From the IMG/VR virus record IMGVR_UViG_3300005805_000083, positions 2,921 through 66,920 of that record: a stretch of DNA of 64,000 nucleotides; one strand, written 5' to 3'. Source of the DNA: a virus. Taxonomy: Duplodnaviria; Caudoviricetes. The translations under genes were made by a program, and so were the position numbers. Position 1 is the first letter of the stretch, and each line of letters starts with the position of its first letter. This document shows, piece after piece, positions 38,601 through 45,708 of this stretch. Below the pieces are notes generated by a model, which saw nothing but the letters and a program-made list of their open reading frames with translations, was not told the origin of the DNA and searched no databases.

Positions 38601-40387
38601 GCGACGGGTTTGTTGACTTGATGCATGCCCTTGACAATGACCTCATCGGAATCCAGCAAAAGAAGCGCAAGGGTGCAACTGAGAGAGATACGGAAAACGA
38701 ACACAAGACGCTCTTGAAGAGAGTTTGGGAAAACGCTGGTTATGCAGAAACACCAACGACGCTTACAGATGATGAAGTTAAATCATTGGTCAAGGCTGGG
38801 TGGCAGGTGATTGTCAGAGGAACTGGCCACGAAAAAGTTGACAGCGAATCTTACGTGGAGCGATTCCTGCACGAAGAAGGAAGATTCATTCCTGGGCAGG
38901 GTGGCTCGGCATACGGAATCGGTGAGTACTTTGCATATCCAGGACAATGGACTGGTTATCACGGAAGTGGACCAGACGACAGACACACCATTGTTGCGCT
39001 AATTCCGCCGACTGCCGACGTCATGATGGCCAGCGAGATATCCAGAGAGCACCGCCGCATGGGCGAATTGACTGGACGAATCAATGACAGGTTTAAGGTT
39101 CTTGGCGGAAGAGACGCAGTCAAAGCAAGAACACCAGAAGAACTTGTTGCGGAAATAGATGCTGCAGTTCCAGACCTTGCTTCAGATGCGACCAGAAGCG
39201 GTCAGATAGTCAAGCAGTTGCGCGACAGGCTTGAAGCGCTTTCCAAGATGCCGAATGACACCCCAGAGCAAAAAGCAAAAATTGCAGAAACAAAAGAAAA
39301 ACTGCTTTCGACTCTTGACTACCTGGAGAGGTACACGAAACAGCGTTCAGCAGAAATGATTGCGCCAATAATCGGTGTCGACGTGATTGACGCCAATAAT
39401 GGCGAATCAACTGGTTCGCCAATGCTTGTCCACAACAGAACCATTCTTGCCGCATTCCAGAACCCAGCGACACTTCAGCAGGCGGAAGCAATGATTGCTG
39501 ACGAAAACGGAAGGCAGCCTGGAAAAGTTTGGACGAAGTGGAAGCGCACCCCAACAGATGGCGACACCAAGCCAAGACGCCTGACAAGAAGAAGAACCAA
39601 GCCAGCAACACAACCAGCGCCGCAACAGCCAGCACCTCAGCCAGCAAATCAGCCGACTCCGCCCGCGCCAGCATCCTCTGTTCCAAATACTCCTGGTGGG
39701 CCAGTAAATACCGATACATGGAATACGTCAACCCCACCAACAACTGGCTCCAATCCAGCCATGATGCTCACCGCCCCAGATGGAACTCGCTATTACACAA
39801 AACTGAGAAAGAGCGGCGAGACAGCGCAGCAGGCAGAAGAAAGAATGCAAACGGAAGTTCTTGCCTCAAAACTTTATGCGCTGGCTGGAGTTCCAGTAGC
39901 AGACCTGCAAATGGGGACCAATAATGGCGACCCAGTAATGATGTCTCGAATGATTCAAGTAAGAATGCCAAGAGGAAAAGCCGACAACGATGCGGCAAGG
40001 GACAATTTCGTTGTTGATGCTTGGCTCGCCAACTGGGACGCGCCACTAAACGACAACATTCAAATTGACAGCAATGGAAACGCAGTCAGAATGGACGTTG
40101 GTGGTTCGCTTGACTTCAGGGCGCAGGGCCAAAGAAAAGGCTCTGGCAGAACTGTTGCATTCGGCAACAACCCAGGCGAAATGAACAGCATGCAGAAGCA
40201 GGGCACCTACGATTTCACTGGCATGGATGCGGCAGAACTAAAGAAACAAGCGCAACGCCTGTCCACAATTACAAATGACGACATCAGAAAAACCGTGGCA
40301 GCCGTTGTTACAGACCCAGCGAGGGCGGCACAACTTGCTGCTACTCTTATCGCTAGACGAGACGCAATTGTCCAAGGATGGGGATGA
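32630..40387 (+). CDS. Giant multidomain head-cluster protein, 2585 aa: DVDGDG cassette / KTSC / helical repeats / ART-like / HipA-like kinase
   Basis: KTSC-like nt ~33727-33890; NNPDITEDER repeats; RGTG...GQGGSAYGIGEYFA; C-terminal YYTK...EVLASKLY..AGVP...DAWLANWD...N...RMDVGGSLDFRAQG; 12 LRSSG-type motifs. Confidence 0.7.
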   Translation: MRQYAVLKNVVRGVNFGVVVKSHGNLKFYGWSEKGIEWSRWANDNKADLGQLPANIAVGEFKGLSDEMMKSIILDSSESVAAGESVAEKKILAFNLGSERFANTSKYPSFVDAPIYDGWASKTKSINFKAKNFRKEVAHNEISLRVRMHELAFDNLRKEFVAKPNKATKTYVRSEIRKKMSRGAERKFGQRIVGYVNASVEEAAGLPSIKRAQLGPNTKEILSEYTKASLGRTIGRAVGSAARGMTPNRGRGRARGAASRFVSGVLDPRKRRDVDGDGMIFDGTWREMPDPSRFVQKPDARPTDGRIGYNPLIDTRATRNRENASRALRETLDEVSNLKPERRRGLRSGDAPPPRAAAAVQMEMDARNSRLASKITYDPQDQVLEVTYRGTGKTVRFRNVPYESARQAGASSSPDRFIRSLEEARENAIQSQMRSSGRAGRRALDSDKTFAEFGNPQRLSDEALESAIAAMNLGGRDTAGKMAPYLKERNNRKAKFGKKYPRQGGESSKPNQTLRSSGRKYENVSGPNRDRLENMRDTLVSGELNNPKQLRDQLDKMNSDRDRISKRRLANIDELRELPQTPENKRKRANLLDEIIRDGQEVEYLSAASEMLSEHIDNVAAGRDVRSLGGDRNKPRALRSSTLNNIIDSAEGANENLLVDALRKHQDGKPLSKEEKDYLLESLRNILDNNPDITEDERVELIDLENAISGRNRTTGLRSSTLSKLADSAEGANEDELVDALRKIQRDEPVTGEQRDYLLESLRNILDNNPDITEDERVELIDLENKIRRQPGSGRTLRSSGSSLKPKPSKPPRNSDGSLVNVFDDFETEELFKQLGQKNKIIKQLENWLNGDGPFPKSLPDWYRDRDRARKFLSESRQERIKITKALKDRGYESPNEARKEFGRSKKKPAGDDKRSDNTLPSLVRIPTPEEREDDNQFVSLNSESLNPTYPRLPNGYPDFDNINLDEMTDEQLIGMLVHFAEINERPFGPRSGRTLLNELNSGDFSKLRGELQRRGYSLKLGEKRRPKYYGDYAAGDRYWTAKKTRPSRKPVNRSSSKPSSGGGRTRRDQQTQRLIDLLNQEDQRPKDGRIGYNPLPDLERQRERDEEIRRILMGTAGDFYQAAQAQRGGRRSGTLRSGGRNDNLDGIREMADGAGEMDLVNIFDKVRDDESISPDERKFLRESIRDILDNNPDITEDERVVLIDLDKKLANQGKRTLRSSELSEGQIGRPRSERRDAIDYRTGGPEDASLRPVLSDLAEEAREGGERQLGDIFDRHSRGDLVTQSELELAREELTNMIENRTDIDEDRKTQLRNIRDDMSFMDGQPGPIEYDETEFGGRDFPPDPPTLRSSGKRPNNKQSRARDAARAEATDTLKDNAMGGADWDSPFRRAWMKLGIGLRPGTADRFSRASLIMSLFHPGFINDDKRINEVLEKAGFGQGSRSFQNIKDMLDAVRRGEMPREEQLKAFVSDAVLMGGVIRGRDGKSIDKQVNNDFAGVVEAYIIHQNPRLGDGDGAPTRSLRSSGNLDGIREMSEGAGEMDFVDALNKIRDGKIDDISDDQMEYLRETVRNILRNNPDITEDERVALLDLENQIKPNRSTLRSGARGRPTQQQLSSRRMLATTERAARPRGTSLRSSGGTGGDRTPAPKAGSGRGPGVGPGGKYGHGAMERKYGREKTGTDGELWDSLTPEQKKAVEEALLAERKTLEKKLKGFFNKYWAAATKKGAKKQGVVAAYKRGRGKAGGRYEKRPDDDPLDATDVSEMLLRLDQAVANGDIEKFDADKNTRDLKLQPDGSATISNVKSGYKDRQQAIDDMQTVLNMIEDGDFSALEHLHPTIKKKIAKVIRDKGGEVPKGWEKELSTVARYAGGEERRKAPDAIDMVKERGISEKKKDKRLSLFQRLRRMDPERERQIELRAARRAGGIREGIALDPEQSIKKRKLRARAMKRRMISRFKKSRNPDDLASDSKARKDAAGVVKTDPATNKVEISDGFVDLMHALDNDLIGIQQKKRKGATERDTENEHKTLLKRVWENAGYAETPTTLTDDEVKSLVKAGWQVIVRGTGHEKVDSESYVERFLHEEGRFIPGQGGSAYGIGEYFAYPGQWTGYHGSGPDDRHTIVALIPPTADVMMASEISREHRRMGELTGRINDRFKVLGGRDAVKARTPEELVAEIDAAVPDLASDATRSGQIVKQLRDRLEALSKMPNDTPEQKAKIAETKEKLLSTLDYLERYTKQRSAEMIAPIIGVDVIDANNGESTGSPMLVHNRTILAAFQNPATLQQAEAMIADENGRQPGKVWTKWKRTPTDGDTKPRRLTRRRTKPATQPAPQQPAPQPANQPTPPAPASSVPNTPGGPVNTDTWNTSTPPTTGSNPAMMLTAPDGTRYYTKLRKSGETAQQAEERMQTEVLASKLYALAGVPVADLQMGTNNGDPVMMSRMIQVRMPRGKADNDAARDNFVVDAWLANWDAPLNDNIQIDSNGNAVRMDVGGSLDFRAQGQRKGSGRTVAFGNNPGEMNSMQKQGTYDFTGMDAAELKKQAQRLSTITNDDIRKTVAAVVTDPARAAQLAATLIARRDAIVQGWG
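34560..37412 (+). repeat. Dispersed ~60-aa helical protein repeat (4 clear copies, 1 degenerate)
   Basis: ...L.ES(L/I)RNILDNNPDITEDERV.L.DL at ~34560-34750, 34795-34990, 36060-36260 and 37208-37412; degenerate copy at ~36395-36590. Confidence 0.85.
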
Positions 40388-40391
40388 GAAA

Positions 40392-40787
40392 ATGAATTAC
40401 AAAGAAGCAATGCAAAAAATGGCAGCAGACGAGAAGGAATTATTCTCACTGATGGATTATCCGCCATTCAGAGAAATAGATGGCGGGGAATACGATTCTG
40501 AATGGACACCAGACTCTCCCAAATGGGGATTCCCGACCATAAGTGAACGCGGCGAGCAACTTGCCGAAGCAATCAGGGACGTTCACTCAACGGTCAGTGA
40601 CGCCCAGAAACAGGCTCGCAAAGAGGGTAAAACCATTTACGAAATAGACCCGCAAATTGTTGCCAGTGCTTTCAATGAGGTGTTTGAAGAGTTCAGCGAA
40701 GATATTGATGAAGCAAAACTTTACAAAAAGCGCTTTCCAGAAACGCCTATTTCTGCATTAATGCAGGCATACAAGCCCAAAAAGTAG
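40392..40787 (+). CDS. Hypothetical protein
   Basis: Start trimmed to ATG 40392, just after the giant gene's stop. Confidence 0.6.
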   Translation: MNYKEAMQKMAADEKELFSLMDYPPFREIDGGEYDSEWTPDSPKWGFPTISERGEQLAEAIRDVHSTVSDAQKQARKEGKTIYEIDPQIVASAFNEVFEEFSEDIDEAKLYKKRFPETPISALMQAYKPKK

Positions 40788-40796
40788 GTTTCGCTC

Positions 40797-43460
40797 ATGG
40801 CAGATGAGCAGTCTGACACAAACTCGAAGATATTTGCTCTTCGCGCCGCTGGGTGGATTGGCTGTACTGGCGCGCACAAAAAAGATGGCAAATGGATGCC
40901 ATGTGAAACACCAGAAGAACTACAGAAACTGTCAAGCGCAGCGGAGCCAAAAAAGAAAACTGGCTTCATTGAAATGCACGATAGGTATAACACCAGAAAA
41001 GCAAAAGGAAAAAAGAAAAGAAAAAAGGGCTGGGAAAAACTAAGAGAAACAAAACCACTTGGGGGATTCGCAACTCTTGAGGGTGGTGGAATAGTTTCGG
41101 CGCCAATAGAAGGCGTAATCCCATTCGGCAGAAAGTCATATATTCCTGGGGTTTCGCCTCGCGATAATGACCCTGATGTTTTCACGGATATTGAATCTGC
41201 CAGAAAGCGTTCCCGAATGCTTGGTTGCATTGGTGTTCGCAGAATGCCTTCTGCGACTGGCCGAACAGTTTGGATGCCGTGCACAAGCAATTCGGATTAC
41301 GCAAGGCTTGCTGGAACGACATTTCTTGGGCGGAGAGGCCAACAAGAGTCACAGCGACGAATGATTAGAACGATTGTTCGAAATGAGATGCGCGAACAAG
41401 ACAGAAGGGTAAGGAAAAAGTCACTTTTTGACGAACTAAATGGCGTAGAAACAAAGGGAATCCTAGGACGCGCAATCGGAAGGGCAAGCAATAGTGGCTC
41501 GCTGTCGCGAAGAATGCGCAGAAGCATGTCAAGCGCCAGGGAGCGAATTGATGGCGTTCTCGACCCACGGGTAAGAAGGGACGTTGATGGAGACGGATTC
41601 ATTTTTGACGGCACTTCGCGAGAAATGCCAGACCCAACAAGAGCAGCAGAGCAGGTCAACACAAATCTTCGTTCTTCTGGGACCAGAGGATTCGAGCCAG
41701 CATGGTTCGCATCCAAAACAAACAACAGATGGCTAACACCAGACAAAATCAAAAAGGGCGGAAAACTAAAAGCAAGAGAAATACTCAATTACGACAGAAT
41801 TCGCCTGCGAGAAAACAGAGACGAGCAGGCGCAAGCACTTGGTGTTACCAGGGCAACAATTGACGCAATGCACGAACCAGGTGCATCGCTTGACCCAATC
41901 GACGCAGACCGACTTTCTTTATCCGCACTCGAATTGCATCCAGCATTGATTTGGGGTGAAGCATGGCTTGAGCAAGAAGAAGAAAAGACTGGCCCAGTCA
42001 AACGAAACAAAAAAGGAAAAGTTGATGGCCGCACCACAAGGGCTCCAAAGCCATTGGATGAAAGAGACAGACAAGTACTGGAAATGCGCAGGAACGGAGC
42101 GACGCTTCAGGAAATTGCCGATGAACTTGGGGTGACAAAACAAAGGGCAGACCAGTTGGTGAAGCGAGCAATAAAGCGCAATGAAGCAGAGATAGACAGA
42201 GATTCAGGCCCAAGAAACCTTAGAAGCAGCGGAATGATTCGTCGCGATGAGCGCGGAAGACCAATCAGGCAAGTTGACAGGCGCAAAGAAACACTTGAGG
42301 CGTCAATAAAGAAACTAAAAGAAATAGGTTTGAGTGACGAGGAAATAAACCTGTTGATGACGGGCGACAGGGATACACCAGTTGACGTCACAACGCGCGA
42401 TGTTGACGTATCTGAGGCAAAGCGCAGCCTGAGAAGCAGCCGCATGAACATGCCCGTTGGCTCACCGAGCCTTCGCTCAATGAGTTTGAGTCAAATGTCG
42501 AAAACTCCACCAAAAGATTGGCCAACGTCTTCAAAAACCCACATGGTCGACTGGGCAAACGGTAGGCCATCTTTCAACATTCCTTACTCTTTGGCGCAAA
42601 AGTTCAAGAGAGACGGAGATTTGTCCGATAGGGATTGGAAGACTTTGCTCAGGTTCTATGCGCAGTGGGGCCCAGAAAATACCTCTGGAAGAAGACTGCG
42701 CTCATCTGGAACAACTTCGACGAGCGACTACAGGAACATTGGGGCGCGAAGAATGGCCCAAATAATCCTTGAACGAGTGTCCCCAGACAAGCGCAATAAA
42801 CCAGCAGGAAAGAGAAGGCACTATCACATAGTCGGACCAGGCGGCATGGGCAAAAGCACATTGTCTGACTATTTGAAGAAAGAGGGTTTAATGCCAGATG
42901 AAAAAGATGCTGCGCATGTTGACCCAGACTTCATAAAAATGGGCATCGAGGGGTACGAGGGAGGAAAAGGTTCTGAACTTGTGCACAGGGAATCTGCTCA
43001 CTCTGCAACAAGAACGGTAAATGACGCCAGGGATATGGGGATGGACATAGTAACTGAGGGAACTGGATACAGGCTCTATGACTACAAAACCACATCTGAC
43101 AACACCTATGAAAAGGTGATTCATGTTCCGTATTTGCCTTACGATGTTGCGGAAAAAAGAGTCAGGGAAAGAAATGCAGAAGGCGGAAGGCAACTTCCAG
43201 TTTCTCAAGTTAGGAGTAAGGGCTACGGCCTCTACGGTTGGCTGACTGACGTACTCAGGAGGGGCGATGGGCAAACCATGTACATCTGGGACATGGACGT
43301 ACCAAAAGGCGCCGCGCCAAGAGTGATAGCAAAGATAGAAGATGGAGTATTTACGGCAATTGATGAGCCAAAATTCAAGGCCTGGTCAGAACAACACGGC
43401 GGACACAGGGGCGGCGACTCCAATCTCGAGTGGTTTAAGAGGAATTTCCCCCAAAAGTAA
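40797..43460 (+). CDS. Multidomain head-cluster protein: 2x GC..WMPC / DVDGDG cassette / HTHs / zeta-toxin-like P-loop kinase
   Basis: GPGGMGKST...HVDPDFIK...VHRES...GMDIVTEGTG at the C-terminus; LQEIADELGVTKQRADQ HTH; 5 LRSSG-type motifs. Confidence 0.72.
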   Translation: MADEQSDTNSKIFALRAAGWIGCTGAHKKDGKWMPCETPEELQKLSSAAEPKKKTGFIEMHDRYNTRKAKGKKKRKKGWEKLRETKPLGGFATLEGGGIVSAPIEGVIPFGRKSYIPGVSPRDNDPDVFTDIESARKRSRMLGCIGVRRMPSATGRTVWMPCTSNSDYARLAGTTFLGRRGQQESQRRMIRTIVRNEMREQDRRVRKKSLFDELNGVETKGILGRAIGRASNSGSLSRRMRRSMSSARERIDGVLDPRVRRDVDGDGFIFDGTSREMPDPTRAAEQVNTNLRSSGTRGFEPAWFASKTNNRWLTPDKIKKGGKLKAREILNYDRIRLRENRDEQAQALGVTRATIDAMHEPGASLDPIDADRLSLSALELHPALIWGEAWLEQEEEKTGPVKRNKKGKVDGRTTRAPKPLDERDRQVLEMRRNGATLQEIADELGVTKQRADQLVKRAIKRNEAEIDRDSGPRNLRSSGMIRRDERGRPIRQVDRRKETLEASIKKLKEIGLSDEEINLLMTGDRDTPVDVTTRDVDVSEAKRSLRSSRMNMPVGSPSLRSMSLSQMSKTPPKDWPTSSKTHMVDWANGRPSFNIPYSLAQKFKRDGDLSDRDWKTLLRFYAQWGPENTSGRRLRSSGTTSTSDYRNIGARRMAQIILERVSPDKRNKPAGKRRHYHIVGPGGMGKSTLSDYLKKEGLMPDEKDAAHVDPDFIKMGIEGYEGGKGSELVHRESAHSATRTVNDARDMGMDIVTEGTGYRLYDYKTTSDNTYEKVIHVPYLPYDVAEKRVRERNAEGGRQLPVSQVRSKGYGLYGWLTDVLRRGDGQTMYIWDMDVPKGAAPRVIAKIEDGVFTAIDEPKFKAWSEQHGGHRGGDSNLEWFKRNFPQK

Positions 43461-43612
43461 ATCAACCATTTACACACAATGGTTTGAGCAATTTCGTTGG
43501 TAGTTACACTACGCAGCAAATATTTTCTGTATCTTTGATACCTAAGGGCTGGGTGCTTACCTGAGCCGCAAAGCAACAAGTCCAATACTCACAAAGAAAG
43601 TCAAAAACTAAC

Positions 43613-44932
43613 ATGTCTACTCAAGACACCAGCAGATTGAACGAACTGCAAGGCGCACTTCGTTCGAAGATGGCGGAGAACAAGGCAATCGCCGATTCGT
43701 TCCGCGTCGAGGACGGCGTTGTCGTCGTCTCTACCGCACAGAAGACCGCGTTCGACAAGAACATGGCCGACATTCGCGAAATCAAGTCGCTCATCAGCGG
43801 CCTTGAGGCAATGAGCGAAGTCGAGTCGTGGGGCGGCGCACAGGCCAAGGAGTCGGTCGCTCAGGCTGCCGCTGCTCAGGCTCAGTCGTACAGCCAGATT
43901 GAAACCCGCAGCATCGGTGAGGCGTTCCTTGCCTCGGCTGAGTTCAAGTCGTTGGCCAATGGCCGCAACGGCGCGAACATGGCTGCTCCGTTCCAGTACA
44001 ACGGCGCAATCCAAGTCAAGGACGTGTACACCACGCTCCCGACTGGCACCATGGGCAACGGCGCTTCCGCCGTGTTCGGCACCGTGCAGCGTGACCCGAT
44101 GATTGTTCCGCCGAAGCGCACCAAGAGAGTCCGTGACCTCTTCCCAGCGCGTTCGACGACCTCAACCGTCATCGAGTACTTCCGCATGACTGGCTTCACC
44201 AACAACGCGGCGATGGTCGCCGAGCGTGTTGGCAACCAGTTCGGCATCAAGCCACAGTCGAGCATGTCGTTCGAAGGTGCGCAGACGTCGGTCAAGACGC
44301 TTGCCCACTGGGAAGCGGCGCACCGCAACGTTCTGGCCGACGAGCCACAGTTGCGCGGCATCATCGACAACGAACTGATGTACGGTCTGCGCTTGCAGGA
44401 AGATGCTCAGATTCTTCTGGGTGACGGCACTGGTGAGAACCTGCTCGGCATCTTGAAGACCCCTGGCATCCAGACCTACAACTGGTCGTCGGGCGCAACC
44501 GATGCGCAGAACAACAAGAAGGACTCACGTGCAGACGCCATTCGTCGCGCGCTGACCCTCTCGATGCTCGCCTACTACGAGCCATCTGGCGTTGTTCTTC
44601 ACCCGAATGACTGGGAGCAGATTGAACTGACCAAGGATGCAAACGGCCAGTACCTCATCGCAACTTCGGTTGCGCTGGGTGGCGAGCCGCGCGTCTGGCG
44701 CACGCCGCTCATCGAGAGCGTCGCAATGCCAGAAGGCACCGCCCTTGTTGGTTCGTTCGGCCAGGGCGCGCAGTTGTACGACCGCGAGCAGGCCAGCATC
44801 CGAGTCAGCGAGCAGCACGCAGACTTCTTCATCCGTAACGCCATCGTGATTCTTGCCGAGCAGCGCCTTGCGCTGGCCGTCAAGCGTCCAGAGTCGTTCG
44901 TGAGAGTCTCGTTCGACAGCGCTCCTGCCTGA
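43613..44932 (+). CDS. Major capsid protein (HK97 fold)
   Basis: Coiled-coil delta-like N-terminus; KPQS...KTLAHW...LADEPQLRGII...QEDAQILLGDG; LHPNDW; RNAIVILAEQRL; strong GC3 codon bias. Confidence 0.95.
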   Translation: MSTQDTSRLNELQGALRSKMAENKAIADSFRVEDGVVVVSTAQKTAFDKNMADIREIKSLISGLEAMSEVESWGGAQAKESVAQAAAAQAQSYSQIETRSIGEAFLASAEFKSLANGRNGANMAAPFQYNGAIQVKDVYTTLPTGTMGNGASAVFGTVQRDPMIVPPKRTKRVRDLFPARSTTSTVIEYFRMTGFTNNAAMVAERVGNQFGIKPQSSMSFEGAQTSVKTLAHWEAAHRNVLADEPQLRGIIDNELMYGLRLQEDAQILLGDGTGENLLGILKTPGIQTYNWSSGATDAQNNKKDSRADAIRRALTLSMLAYYEPSGVVLHPNDWEQIELTKDANGQYLIATSVALGGEPRVWRTPLIESVAMPEGTALVGSFGQGAQLYDREQASIRVSEQHADFFIRNAIVILAEQRLALAVKRPESFVRVSFDSAPA

Positions 44933-44950
44933 TAGGACAGCCGAGTAAGT

Positions 44951-45005
44951 AGCACCCCCGCTACCCGTCGCGAAACATGCGGCGGGGGCGGGGGTTCTGC
45001 TTTAT
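44951..45005 (+). terminator. Intrinsic terminator after the capsid gene
   Basis: ACCCCCGC..CCCGTCGC-loop-GCGGCGGG.GCGGGGGT followed by TCTGCTTT. Confidence 0.7.
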
Positions 45006-45014
45006 ACTGGCAAC

Positions 45015-45242
45015 ATGGCCGAATCAAGATTCACCAGCGAAGAACGCGCTCAAATATTCAGAAGTTTTTTTGACGCCGACCCGCAGCAACTGCAGAAGGC
45101 ACAGACAGTCGCCGCAATGCTTGCCGAAGACGACGAAGACGTGGCCGAGGCAGCGCTGGCAATAACGTATTTCTACAGCCAGAAAGAAAACAAAAAGGCC
45201 CTGGAAGAACTGCTGAATAAACTTTCAATATCCGACATCTAG
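45015..45242 (+). CDS. Hypothetical protein
   Basis: 75 aa; TATACT 6 nt upstream of ATG. Confidence 0.6.
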   Translation: MAESRFTSEERAQIFRSFFDADPQQLQKAQTVAAMLAEDDEDVAEAALAITYFYSQKENKKALEELLNKLSISDI

Positions 45243-45260
45243 ACAAGGGTATTATTGTTC

Positions 45261-45413
45261 ATGGCTAAAAATAAAGACGGCCATAACAGGTTTTCTAGCG
45301 AATTTGGCAGGTTTGCACTCAATTCGGCAGCCGTTCCAGAGAAGTTCGAAGAGTGGATGACGTCAATGTACGGAATATCTCCAAGAATAAAGAAGAGAAA
45401 GAAGCGCAGATAA
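45261..45413 (+). CDS. Small hypothetical protein (50 aa)
   Basis: Read by hand: MAKNKDGHNRFSSEFGRF...KKRKKRR*; TAATG coupling to the next gene. Confidence 0.5.
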   Translation: MAKNKDGHNRFSSEFGRFALNSAAVPEKFEEWMTSMYGISPRIKKRKKRR

Positions 45414-45706
45414 TGCCAGTGTTCGGCGGAACCCCATCAGAGCAGATTAAGGCCCGCGAAGCGTGGGACAAGGCCAGGGCGTTGAGCATGCTCCTGACTG
45501 AGAGGGCCGTAAAAACACCGAGTGGCAGATGGGAAGCCGCTCACAAGAGAGAGACAATAAGGCTTGCACGAGAATTTGACCAAAACAGTGAAGAATATAA
45601 GCGACTAATTAACAAATGGTATAGGGAGAATCCAAGGCCACAAGAAGAGCAAACTGGCTTTAAATTCATTTCTCCGCCGTCAGAAAATAAAGACAAAGAG
45701 AGTTAG
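45413..45706 (+). CDS. Hypothetical protein
   Basis: Start trimmed to ATG 45413 (TAATG overlap). Confidence 0.55.
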   Translation: MPVFGGTPSEQIKAREAWDKARALSMLLTERAVKTPSGRWEAAHKRETIRLAREFDQNSEEYKRLINKWYRENPRPQEEQTGFKFISPPSENKDKES

Positions 45707-45708
45707 AT

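Noticed and set aside
43464-43484. AACCATT-N7-AATGGTT hairpin before the MCP
   Set aside because: AT-rich 7-bp stem without a U-tract; too weak to call.
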